DNA of 64,000 nt from Candidatus Eiseniibacteriota bacterium (GCA_963783375.1 CAWANH010000029.1:672001-736000), one strand, 5' to 3'; shown: positions 8,198 to 17,118, numbered from the stretch's first letter. Program-made: numbers and translations. Notes: generated by a model from the sequence alone, not told the origin.

Positions 8198-10033
8198 CTA
8201 TTCGGCGGCCGTCGCGGACGCGGGGTCCGCATACATGTCCACGGCCCGGTTCCAGCGACGGAGCGCCTCCACCCGCCGGGCGCGGTCCGCGGGGAGCCGG
8301 AAGGGACGGCGCCCCCGGGCGTCGAGCAGAACCCCCACCACACCCCCCTTCAGGGTCCGGGTCGCCGCGCGTCCCTTCCCCTCGCCGAAGTCGAGGTGCT
8401 TCGAAGGTTCAAGATGGGCCTCGGCCTCTTCCCCCACCCCCAGGGGAAGGAGCAGGAGGTCGCCGTAGTTGAGGGTGTGGGCCTCCTCCCGCCCGCCGGA
8501 GAACTTGATGCGGGCGGTGAAGGCCGGCTGGCCCGTCTTCCCCTCTCCCCACGGGGCCACGGTGGTGCCCAGGCGGATCATGCAGTCCTTCTCGAACACC
8601 TCGGTGGCCACCGCCGGATACCGGGTGGAGAGCACCCCGAGGTGCGGCATCATGAAGATCGAGTCCACCGCCATCTCGGTGATCCCCTCGGGGAGGAAGG
8701 CGTCGGTCATCATCAGCATGGCCTGCTGGCGCCGGGGGGCGTGGGACAGCACCCCTCCCGAGCCCACCACCAGGGCCAGGGAGTCCAGGCTCACCAGGGT
8801 TTCCCCCGAGGTGGTCTGCTCGAAGGTGTCGGAGATGGTGCGCTCCTGCTGGACCCCCTTGAGCCCCACCGCCAGCGCCTTGTGCTGGGCGAAGGCCAGC
8901 CGCAGGGCCTCCCGGGCCAGAGCCTGCTCCACCATGAGCTCCTGCCGGGTCTGGGGGATGGTGGTGGGGCGGATCATCTTGTTCTTGACCCGGTTCCGGA
9001 GGTCCGCCTCCTCCAGCTCGAAGGGGACCCAGCGCATGACGTTCTCCACCCCGGCCTCGGCCAGGACGTTGGAGACCGAATAGGACATGCCGAGGTTGGC
9101 GGACACGGTGCGGTTGAAGACCTTGGAGAATACCGAGAACACGTCGGTGGTCGCCCCCCCGATGTCCACCCCCAGGACGTCGATCCCCTCCTGCTCCCCC
9201 ACCGACTCGATGATCCGGCCCATGGCCGCCGGGGTGGGCATGATCGGGACCGGGGTCCAGGACATGAGCTTCTTGTAGCCGGGGGCCTGGGCCATCACGT
9301 GCTCCATGAAGAGATCGTGGATGGCGTGGCGGGCGGGCATGAGGTTCTCGCGCTCCATGGTGGGGCGGAGGTTGTCCACCACCGAGAGCGCGGTCTTCTC
9401 GCCGAGAATCTCCTCGATGTTCCCCCGGGCGTCGGTGTTCCCGGCGTAGATGATGGGAAGCTTGTAGGAGAGCCCCAACCGGGCCTTGGGGTCGGCGGCG
9501 GAGATGAGCTCGCCCAGCTCCACCACGTGCTTGGTCGTGCCTCCGTCCACGCCCCCGGAGAGAAGGATCATGTCCGGGCGAAGCTGGCGGATGCGCTGGA
9601 TCTTCTGGTAGGGGAGCCGTCCGTCGTTGGAGGCGATCACGTCCATCACGATCGCGCCCGCCCCCAGCGCCGCCCGCTCCGCCGACTCCCCGGTCATGGT
9701 CTTCACCACCCCGGTCACCATCATCTGGAGCCCGCCGCCGGCCGAGGAGGTGGAGAGGTAGATGTCCACCCCCTTGTCCCCCACCTGGGGGGTGATGATC
9801 GTCTCGCCGTCGAGGATCTGGCGGCCGGCCAGCTCCTCCACCTCGCGGACGGAGTTCAGAACCCCCTTGGTCACGTCCTCGAAGGGCGCCTCCACCGTGG
9901 TGGGAGCCTCTCCCCGGACGATGAGACGGTACTCGTCCCCGCGCTTCTCGATCAGGATGGCCTTGGTGGTGGTGCTTCCGCAGTCCGTGGCCAGGACGGA
10001 CCGCACCTCCTTCGGCAAGGTCGGTTCGCTCAA
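8198..10033 (-). CDS. GlmL/MutL-family (glutamate mutase L-like) actin-fold ASKHA ATPase
   Basis: Phosphate-1 motif TDCGSTTTK, STSSAGGGL, LSGGVDGG, phosphate-2 motif GVDIGGATTDVFS, RTVSANLGMSYS and GSGGVLSHAP. Confidence 0.85.
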   Translation of the reverse strand: MSEPTLPKEVRSVLATDCGSTTTKAILIEKRGDEYRLIVRGEAPTTVEAPFEDVTKGVLNSVREVEELAGRQILDGETIITPQVGDKGVDIYLSTSSAGGGLQMMVTGVVKTMTGESAERAALGAGAIVMDVIASNDGRLPYQKIQRIRQLRPDMILLSGGVDGGTTKHVVELGELISAADPKARLGLSYKLPIIYAGNTDARGNIEEILGEKTALSVVDNLRPTMERENLMPARHAIHDLFMEHVMAQAPGYKKLMSWTPVPIMPTPAAMGRIIESVGEQEGIDVLGVDIGGATTDVFSVFSKVFNRTVSANLGMSYSVSNVLAEAGVENVMRWVPFELEEADLRNRVKNKMIRPTTIPQTRQELMVEQALAREALRLAFAQHKALAVGLKGVQQERTISDTFEQTTSGETLVSLDSLALVVGSGGVLSHAPRRQQAMLMMTDAFLPEGITEMAVDSIFMMPHLGVLSTRYPAVATEVFEKDCMIRLGTTVAPWGEGKTGQPAFTARIKFSGGREEAHTLNYGDLLLLPLGVGEEAEAHLEPSKHLDFGEGKGRAATRTLKGGVVGVLLDARGRRPFRLPADRARRVEALRRWNRAVDMYADPASATAAE

Positions 10034-10437
10034 CGTTTTCTCCTCTCGGTCTTGTCCGTCTTCTTCCCCCCACCCTTCCGCTTCGCGGTCTTGGCCGCGC
10101 GCTCCTTCTCCCGATGGGCCTCGTCCGCCGCCTCGATGCGGCGAAGAAACTCCTCCATGTTGTCCCGCTCCTCCATGATGGAGGCGAACCGGCTGTAGCT
10201 TCCACCGTGGATCACCGCCCGCACCACCGGCTCGAAAAAGAACATCGCCTGGCTCCCCACGAAGTTCAGCGGCTTCACCGACTCCAGGAAGAGCACCGCC
10301 GGCACGGCCAGCCGCCGTTCGGCGAGCCAGGCCGCCATCCGGTCCAGAAGGGCGGCGTCCTCCCCGCTCAGCCCCGGCTCGTCCTCCCGGGGCTCCGGTG
10401 GGCCATCCCCCGGCGGCCGGCGGCCGAAGATCCCCAT
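10030..10437 (-). CDS. Small conserved hypothetical protein
   Basis: ATG at 10437. Core AVPAVLFLESVKPLNFVGSQAMFFFEP...MEERDNMEEFLRRIE. Overlaps the glmL-like start by 4 nt. Confidence 0.75.
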   Translation of the reverse strand: MGIFGRRPPGDGPPEPREDEPGLSGEDAALLDRMAAWLAERRLAVPAVLFLESVKPLNFVGSQAMFFFEPVVRAVIHGGSYSRFASIMEERDNMEEFLRRIEAADEAHREKERAAKTAKRKGGGKKTDKTERRKR

Positions 10438-10439
10438 CG

Positions 10440-10871
10440 TCACTCCCCGTCCCCGCCGGGACCGAACCGGCTCACCCAGTCCAGAATCTCGTCCCGGTGC
10501 TCGCCGTAGCGAAGCATGACGCTCCGATAGGGCTCCAAGGGGTGCCGGCCCCGGAACGGGCTGAGGCTCACCCCCCTCTCCCCCACGTAGGCCTGGCGGA
10601 AATCCCGCCACGGCCGGGCCGTCCGCTGGAAGGCGGAACGCACCTCCACCCGGTCCGGGGTGAGCCGGTAGGAGGTGGAGACGAAGAACGGCCCTACCCC
10701 GCCCACCAGGATCAGGGCGGCGAAGAGGCCGATCACCAAGCCTCCCAGCACGAAGCTGGCGTAGATCGCGCCGGCCACCACGGCCAGCGCGGATATCCCC
10801 TTGGCCCGTTCCGCGTGGAACGGACGCACCCGCCACGTGAGCTCCACCTTATCGGTGGCCCTCTCCGTCAC
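10440..10871 (-). CDS. Two-TM hypothetical protein with a bacterial PH-like C-terminal domain
   Basis: TM hairpin followed by TSYRLTPDRVEVR...RPWRDFR. Overlaps the gcvPB end. Confidence 0.7.
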   Translation of the reverse strand: MTERATDKVELTWRVRPFHAERAKGISALAVVAGAIYASFVLGGLVIGLFAALILVGGVGPFFVSTSYRLTPDRVEVRSAFQRTARPWRDFRQAYVGERGVSLSPFRGRHPLEPYRSVMLRYGEHRDEILDWVSRFGPGGDGE

Positions 10872-12315
10872 CGGGCATCCACCTGAGCTTGAGTTTTCGG
10901 GCGGCCCGAGCCTCGTCCGGCCGGGCCACCGGCGTGGTATGGGGGGCGGTCTTCACCCGCTCCGGCTCCTCCTCCGCCTCCCGGGCGATGGTCTGCATGA
11001 TCTCCACGAAGCGGTCCAGGGACTCCTTGGACTCGCTCTCGGTGGGCTCGATCATGAGCGCCTCCTCCACGATGAGGGGGAAGTAGGTGGTGGGGGCGTG
11101 TACCCCGAAATCGAGCAGGCGTTTCGAGATGTCCGCCGCCCGGACCCCCTGCTTCTTCTGCTTCACCGCCGAGAGCACGAACTCGTGCATGCAGGGCCCG
11201 GGATACCGGAGGGTGTAGTCCCCCCGGAGCCGGGCCAGGAGATAGTTGGCGTTCAGGATGGCCCCCCGGCTCACCGCGGAGAGCCCGGGAGCCCCCAGGC
11301 TCATGATGTAGGCCATGGCCCGCACCAGGACCCCGAAGTTCCCGAAGAATCCGTGGACCCGGCCCACCGACTTGGGACGGACGTACTCGAAGCGGAATCC
11401 GCTCTCGTCCTCGGTGAGAACCGGGTAGGGCAGGAACGGCCGCAGGTCCTCCCGGACCGCGATCGGGCCCGCTCCCGGTCCCCCGCCCCCGTGGGGGGTG
11501 GAAAAGGTCTTGTGGAGGTTCAGGTGCATCATGTCGAAGCCCATCTCCCCCGGCCGGCAGAGACCCACCAACGCGTTCATGTTGGCCCCGTCCAGGTACA
11601 TGAGCCCCCCGGCCCGGTGCACGATCCCGGCGATGTCCTCGATCTCCGTCTCGAAGTTGCCGAGGGTGTTGGGGTTGGTGAGCATCATGGCCGCGGTGCG
11701 GGGTCCCACCGCCTTCTCCAGGGCCGCGAGATCCACCCGTCCCCGGGGGTTGGATTTGATCTCCACCGCCTTCATGCCGGCGATCCGCACCGAGGCCGGG
11801 TTGGTGCCGTGGGCGGAATCGGGGATCACCACCTCGTCGCGGACCTCGCCGCGGTCGGCGTGCCAGGCCCGGGCCACCAGCATCGCGGTCAGTTCCCCCT
11901 CGGCGCCCGCCGCGGGCTGGAGCGACACCGCGGGGAGCCCGGTGATTTCGGCCAGGGCGGTCTCCAGCGCCTTCAGAAGCTCCAGCGCCCCCTGGCAATC
12001 CCCTTCCGGGGTCAGGGGATGGAGGCCGGCGAAGCCGGGGAGGGCGGCCAGGCGGTCGTTGATCTTGGGGTTGTACTTCATGGTGCACGACCCCAGGGGA
12101 TAGATGGCCTTGTCCACGTGGTGGTTCAGCACCGAGAGATTGGTGAAGTGGCGCACCACCTCGGGCTCGCTCACCTCGGGAAGATCGAGGGGCTTCACCC
12201 GCCGCAGGCTTTCGGGCACCCAGTGGGCGGTTCCCCGGACCGGAACGTCCATCTCGGGAAGGATCGCTCCCCGCACCCCCGGCCGGGAGTGTTCAAAGAT
12301 GAGCTTCTCAGCCAC
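10849..12315 (-). CDS. gcvPB: Glycine dehydrogenase (decarboxylating) subunit 2
   Basis: YPLGSCTMKYNP, SAHGTNPAS, DGANMNA and PLP motif HLNLHKTFSTPHGGGGPG. Confidence 0.97.
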   Translation of the reverse strand: MAEKLIFEHSRPGVRGAILPEMDVPVRGTAHWVPESLRRVKPLDLPEVSEPEVVRHFTNLSVLNHHVDKAIYPLGSCTMKYNPKINDRLAALPGFAGLHPLTPEGDCQGALELLKALETALAEITGLPAVSLQPAAGAEGELTAMLVARAWHADRGEVRDEVVIPDSAHGTNPASVRIAGMKAVEIKSNPRGRVDLAALEKAVGPRTAAMMLTNPNTLGNFETEIEDIAGIVHRAGGLMYLDGANMNALVGLCRPGEMGFDMMHLNLHKTFSTPHGGGGPGAGPIAVREDLRPFLPYPVLTEDESGFRFEYVRPKSVGRVHGFFGNFGVLVRAMAYIMSLGAPGLSAVSRGAILNANYLLARLRGDYTLRYPGPCMHEFVLSAVKQKKQGVRAADISKRLLDFGVHAPTTYFPLIVEEALMIEPTESESKESLDRFVEIMQTIAREAEEEPERVKTAPHTTPVARPDEARAARKLKLRWMPGDGEGHR

Positions 12316-13672
12316 GGGCCGCCTCCTTCACCGCGTCCACCAGGGCGTCCAGGTCCTCTCGGGAATGCTTTTCGGTGACGCAGACCAGGAGCAACCGGTC
12401 CGCCCCCTCCGGGCCCAGATCCGCGAATCGGCCCAGGTTCACCCCGGGAATCACCCCGCGGGCCAGGCACCCCCGTACGATCTCCCGGGCCGGGCGCGGG
12501 CACTCCAGCACGAATTCGTGGAAGAACGGCGCGGCGTGGCGGAGGCGGAAGCCGTCGAGGGCGTCCAGCCGCTCCGCCGCATGGTGCGCACGCTCCAGGC
12601 ATTGCTCGGCGGTTTCCCGCATTCCCTCCGGTCCCATGAGGGAGAGGTAGATCACCGCCCGAAGAGCCAGAAGTCCCTGGTTGGTGCAGATGTTCGAGGT
12701 CGCCCGCTCCCGGCGAATGTGCTGCTCGCGGGTCTGCAGGGTCATCACGTAGGCGCGCTTCCCGTCCCGGTCCAGGGTCTCGCCGATCAGCCGGCCGGGG
12801 ACGTAGCGAACGAACTCCTCCCGGGCGGTGAAGAGACCGAGGGCCGGCCCTCCGAAGGAAGGGGCGGTGCCGAGCGAGATCCCCTCCCCCACCGCGAGGT
12901 CGGCTCCCATGGAGCCCGGGGTCTTGTAGAGGGCGAGGGCGTGGGGCTCGAAGACCTGGATGGCCCGTGCCCCGGCGGCTCGGGCCTCGGCGAAGAGATC
13001 GGTCAGGTCCTCCACGATCCCGAAGAAGTTGGGTCCCTGGGCGATCACCGCCGCCGGCTCGCCTCCCAGGGCGTCCCGCACCCACTCGCGTCCGACCGTT
13101 CCATCGGGGGCGGGATCCGCTGCGATGGAGATGTCCTGCCCCTGGCAGAAGGTCGTGAGCACCTGGAGGTAATGGGGGTGAAGCGGACCCGCAACCACCA
13201 GCCGCTTCCGCTTGGTCACCGAGACGGCGAGAAGGGCGGCCTCGGCCAGTGCGGTGGCCCCGTCGTAGAGCGAGGCGTTGGTGAGGTCCATACCGGTGAG
13301 CTCGGCCATCATGGTCTGGAACTCGAAGGTGGCGATGAGGGTCCCCTGGGACACCTCGGGCTGGTACGGGGTGTAGGCGGTGTAGAACTCGGAACGGAAG
13401 GACAGGTGATCCACCGCGGCGGGGACGATGTGGTCGTAGATCCCCGCGCCCAGGAACACCCGGCGCCGGTCGGTGTGCCCGTTCTTCTCCGCCATCGCCC
13501 CCAGGCGGCGAGCCACCTCGAACTCGCTCTTGGGACCGGAGAGGTTCAGGGGTCGGCGAAGGCGGAACGCCTCCGGCACCGGGGCCAGAAGCGCCTCGAA
13601 GGAAGAGGCGCCGATGGCGGCCAGCATCGCCTCCTCTTCCCCGTCGCCGCGGGGGACGTAGGGGGATTTCAA
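12308..13672 (-). CDS. gcvPA: Glycine dehydrogenase (decarboxylating) subunit 1
   Basis: EFYTAYTPYQPEVSQG, NASLYDGATA and TREQHIRRERATSNICTNQ. Likely TTG start at 13672, just after the gcvH stop. Confidence 0.96.
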   Translation of the reverse strand: MKSPYVPRGDGEEEAMLAAIGASSFEALLAPVPEAFRLRRPLNLSGPKSEFEVARRLGAMAEKNGHTDRRRVFLGAGIYDHIVPAAVDHLSFRSEFYTAYTPYQPEVSQGTLIATFEFQTMMAELTGMDLTNASLYDGATALAEAALLAVSVTKRKRLVVAGPLHPHYLQVLTTFCQGQDISIAADPAPDGTVGREWVRDALGGEPAAVIAQGPNFFGIVEDLTDLFAEARAAGARAIQVFEPHALALYKTPGSMGADLAVGEGISLGTAPSFGGPALGLFTAREEFVRYVPGRLIGETLDRDGKRAYVMTLQTREQHIRRERATSNICTNQGLLALRAVIYLSLMGPEGMRETAEQCLERAHHAAERLDALDGFRLRHAAPFFHEFVLECPRPAREIVRGCLARGVIPGVNLGRFADLGPEGADRLLLVCVTEKHSREDLDALVDAVKEAARG

Positions 13673-13673
13673 C

Positions 13674-14060
13674 TCAGTTCCCCTCCCCCACGTGGGCGGC
13701 ATAGGCGTCGGCGTCCATGAGCTTGTCCAGCTCCGAGGGATCGGTGACCTCGAGCTTGAGCATCCAGCCGTCCCCGTAGGGCGACTTGTTGATGTGCTCG
13801 GGGGCGTCGTTCAGGGCGGAGTTCACCTCGATGACCTTTCCCGACACCGGGGACATGAGGTCGCTCACCGTCTTCACCGCCTCGATGGTCCCGAACACCC
13901 CGCCCTGCTCGACCTCGGTGCCGGTCCCGGGAAGCTCCACGAACACGATGTCCCCCAGCTCCCCCTGGGCGTAGTCGGTGATCCCCATCACCGCGGTCTT
14001 CCCGTCCAGCCGCACCCACTCGTGGTCCACCGTGTACTTCAGATTCTTGGGCGTCTCCAT
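13674..14060 (-). CDS. gcvH: Glycine cleavage system H protein
   Basis: HEWV, GITDYAQGELGDIVFVELP, lipoyl-lysine motif IEAVKTVSD and NKSPYGDGW. Confidence 0.97.
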   Translation of the reverse strand: METPKNLKYTVDHEWVRLDGKTAVMGITDYAQGELGDIVFVELPGTGTEVEQGGVFGTIEAVKTVSDLMSPVSGKVIEVNSALNDAPEHINKSPYGDGWMLKLEVTDPSELDKLMDADAYAAHVGEGN

Positions 14061-14091
14061 GCCGTCCTCCCGTTCCTCTCGGTCCTTGGGG

Positions 14092-15216
14092 TCATGCCGT
14101 CTTGCGGGGGGCCTTCCGGCTCCCGCGGGTATAAAAAGGCAGGGGGGTCACCGCGGCGGCTTCGCTCCGGCCGCGCACGTCGATGGCCACCCCGGTCCCC
14201 GGCGCGGCGTGGGCGGCGTCGACGTAGCCCATGGCCAGTCCCCGCCCCAGCGAGGGGGCGAAGGAGCCGCTGGTCACCATGCCGGCGGGGCGGCTCTCCG
14301 CGCTGATCGCATATCCCCTCCGGGGGATCACCTTTCCGCCGGCCGGGGTAAGGCCGACCAGCCGGCGCGGGATCCCCGAGGTTTTCTGGGCGAGGAGCGC
14401 CTCCTTCCCCATGAAGTCGTCCTTGGCCATCTTCACCGTCCACCCCAGGCCCGCTTCCAGGGGCGAGGTGGTGTCGTCGATGTCGTTTCCGTAGAGGCAA
14501 TAGCCCATCTCGAAGCGCAAGGTGTCGCGGGCGGCCAGTCCCACCGGGGTGATCCCCGCCGTCCGTCCCTCGTCGAGGAGCCGATCCCAGAGTTCCGTGG
14601 CCCGGGAGTCGCCGACATAGAGTTCGAAACCGTCCTCGCCGGTGTACCCGGTCCGCGAGATCAGGACATCGACCCCGGCCACCTCTCCCGCCCGGGCGGT
14701 GTAGGTGTCCATGGCGGCCAGATCGGTCGTGGTGAGCCGGGAAAGGAACGCCTCCGTTCCCGGCCCCTGCACCGCGATGAGCGAGGTCTCGTCGGACTCG
14801 TTCCGGAACGCCACCGACCGCGGCAGGCGCTCCCGCACCCAGGCCTCGTCCTTGGCCAGGTTCGCCGCGTTCACCACCAGGAGCACCGAATCCGGCAGGT
14901 GGTAGACGATCAGGTCGTCCACGATACCCCCGTCCTCCCGGCACATAGGGGAATACACCGCCTGGCCGGTCGCCGTGCCGGTGACGCGGTTGGTGACCAG
15001 GCGGTCCACCGCGGCCAGCGCCCCGGGTCCGGTGAGCCGGAACTCTCCCATGTGGGAGAGATCGAAGATCCCCAGGCCCCCGCGCACCGCCTCGTGCTCC
15101 GCGATCTGGCCGGAGTACTGGAGCGGCATCAGGTACCCCGCGAAGGGCACGATCTTGGCCCCCAGCTCCCGGTGGCGATCGTAGAGGGCGGTCTCTTTCC
15201 CGTCGGTGGCTGTCAT
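14092..15216 (-). CDS. gcvT: Aminomethyltransferase (glycine cleavage T protein)
   Basis: FDLSHMG, SRTGYTGEDGFE and GLAARDTLRFEMGYCLYG. ATG at 15216 after GGAGGAG. Confidence 0.97.
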   Translation of the reverse strand: MTATDGKETALYDRHRELGAKIVPFAGYLMPLQYSGQIAEHEAVRGGLGIFDLSHMGEFRLTGPGALAAVDRLVTNRVTGTATGQAVYSPMCREDGGIVDDLIVYHLPDSVLLVVNAANLAKDEAWVRERLPRSVAFRNESDETSLIAVQGPGTEAFLSRLTTTDLAAMDTYTARAGEVAGVDVLISRTGYTGEDGFELYVGDSRATELWDRLLDEGRTAGITPVGLAARDTLRFEMGYCLYGNDIDDTTSPLEAGLGWTVKMAKDDFMGKEALLAQKTSGIPRRLVGLTPAGGKVIPRRGYAISAESRPAGMVTSGSFAPSLGRGLAMGYVDAAHAAPGTGVAIDVRGRSEAAAVTPLPFYTRGSRKAPRKTA

Positions 15217-15338
15217 GATCCTTCTCCTCCCGATCCCCGGTTCCGCGCCGGCCGGGCCGCCCGAGACACGGCCGCTCCCGGCGCCCGACCCCGGCAACCG
15301 CGCTCCTCGCGTCAACTTGCGCGCACGGGGGCCCAAAG

Positions 15339-15358
15339 CTTGTGAAGTCTATCACAAG
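15339..15358. promoter_or_regulatory. Palindromic operator (Rex- or CRP/FNR-type) overlapping an extended -10 promoter of the gcv operon
   Basis: CTTGTGA-agtcta-TCACAAG. The minus strand reads TG-A-TAGACT (extended -10) inside it. Confidence 0.7.
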
Positions 15359-15456
15359 GCCTTCGCCCCCGATCGCGGTCCCCGGCGGCGGGAAATCCGC
15401 CCCGACCGCGTCTTCTACCGGCGCGACCGGGGCGGCCCCACCCGGGCCGGGCGGGA

Positions 15457-17118
15457 CTATCCCCGCTTCTTCTTCGCCGCCTTCTTCCGCGCGCGCGGCT
15501 TCACCCCGCCGACCTTCGGCTCGGGAGCCTGGAACGCTCCCGGCAGATCCTTGGGGAGGCTCCGGAGCGAGGTTCTCGACCCCGGCGACGGACCGGTCCC
15601 CTTGGGCTTCTTCCAGTTGGTGAGGAGTTCGGCCAGGATCCGGACCCCGGCCCCGGTTCCCCCCGTCGTCATGTACGGCTTGGACGGCGGGTTCCACGCC
15701 ACCCCGGCGATGTCGATGTGAGCCCACCGGTACGCGTTGGTAAAGGCGCCGAGGAACGCGCCGGCGGTGATCGCCCCCGCTTCACGACCGGCGGTGTTCT
15801 TGATGTCGGCCACGTCGCTCTTCACCATCTCGCGGTACTCGGACCAGAGGGGGAGCGGCCAGGCGCGCTCGCCGGCGGAACTCGATGCGTCGTGCACCGC
15901 GTCGAGGAGCCACTCGTCGTTTCCCATGAGGCCCGCGGCATGGCTCCCCAGTGCGATCACGCAGGCCCCGGTCAGGGTGGCCAGGTCGACCACCGCGTCC
16001 GGCTGGTAGCGCTCGGCGTAGGCCAGGGCGTCGGCCAGGACCAGCCGCCCCTCGGCGTCGGTGTTCTTGACCTCGATGGTGACCCCGGCCAGGGAGGTCA
16101 GCACGTCCCCCGGCTTGTAGGCATCGCCGTCGGGGAGGTTGTTGGTCGAGGCCACCAGCCCCACCACCTTGAGCGGCACCCGGGTCTCGGCGGCGAAGCG
16201 CATCGCGCCGATCACCGCCGCCGCGCCGCCCATATCGAACTTCATGAGTTCCATGTCCGCGCCGGGCTTCAGGCTGATCCCGCCGGAGTCGAAGGTGATC
16301 CCCTTCCCCACCAGACAGACCGTGCCCCGGGGGCTTTTACCCTCGTATTCCATGATGATGAATTTCGGGGGCTCCTTGGCTCCGCGGGCCACCCCCATGA
16401 ACGCCCCCATCCCCATCTTTTCGCACTCAGCCCGCTCCAGCACCTTTACCTTGAAGCCGTACTTGCGGCCGAGCTGCTTGGCGGTGTCCGCCAGGTGGGT
16501 CGGGGTGCAGAAGTTGCCCGGGCCGTTGGCCAGCTCGCGGGCCTGGTTGGCCGAGCCGGCCACCGCGCTCCCGTGGGCGATTCCGGCCTGAATCGACTTG
16601 AGGCTCCCCTTCCGGCCCTCGAGAACGGTGAGCTCCTCGAGCACGAAGGGCTCGGCCCGGCCGTCGCGGAACCAGTTGTCGTAGCGGTAGGCCCCGAGCA
16701 GGAATCCCTCGGCCAGACCCCGCGCCAGCTCGCGAACCGGCCTCCCGGATCCTCCGCCGTGGACCACGGTGGCCGCCCGCTCGACTTTCAGTTTGCGAAG
16801 GACGCCGGCCAGGACGCCGCCGACCCGCCGGGCCGCCTCGGTGTCGAACGAGTCCTTGGCGCCCAACCCCAGAAGGATCACCCGCTCGGGAACGCCCTTC
16901 CCCGTCTCCTTCGGATAGAGGACCAGGACTTCCTCGAGCTTCCCCTTGAAGTCCCCGGATTCCAGCGCCCGGGTGATGACTCCGCCCGTCGCCTCGTCCA
17001 CGGCCTTGGTGGCCCCACCCGGTGTCGTCACCCCGTCGAAGAGATTGACCGCCACCGCCGGCCCCCCGACCGAGGCGATGTCCCCCTGCCTCACGCTGAG
17101 CTTCACGTCGACTTCCAT
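15457..17118 (-). CDS. pepA: Leucyl aminopeptidase (M17)
   Basis: VGKGITFDSGGISLK, MKFDMGGAA, NTDAEGRLVLADAL, DLATLTGAC and WAHIDIAG. Confidence 0.96.
   Translation of the reverse strand: MEVDVKLSVRQGDIASVGGPAVAVNLFDGVTTPGGATKAVDEATGGVITRALESGDFKGKLEEVLVLYPKETGKGVPERVILLGLGAKDSFDTEAARRVGGVLAGVLRKLKVERAATVVHGGGSGRPVRELARGLAEGFLLGAYRYDNWFRDGRAEPFVLEELTVLEGRKGSLKSIQAGIAHGSAVAGSANQARELANGPGNFCTPTHLADTAKQLGRKYGFKVKVLERAECEKMGMGAFMGVARGAKEPPKFIIMEYEGKSPRGTVCLVGKGITFDSGGISLKPGADMELMKFDMGGAAAVIGAMRFAAETRVPLKVVGLVASTNNLPDGDAYKPGDVLTSLAGVTIEVKNTDAEGRLVLADALAYAERYQPDAVVDLATLTGACVIALGSHAAGLMGNDEWLLDAVHDASSSAGERAWPLPLWSEYREMVKSDVADIKNTAGREAGAITAGAFLGAFTNAYRWAHIDIAGVAWNPPSKPYMTTGGTGAGVRILAELLTNWKKPKGTGPSPGSRTSLRSLPKDLPGAFQAPEPKVGGVKPRARKKAAKKKRG

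Noticed and set aside
8198-10033. Annotation as a functional glutamate/methylaspartate mutase, or as mismatch-repair MutL
   Set aside because: There is no B12-binding or mutase catalytic subunit and no GHKL motif. It is an ASKHA-fold accessory-type protein.
15217-15456. Glycine riboswitch expected upstream of gcvT
   Set aside because: No GGAGA...CCGAAG...CTCTCAGG aptamer pattern is seen. A protein operator is present instead.
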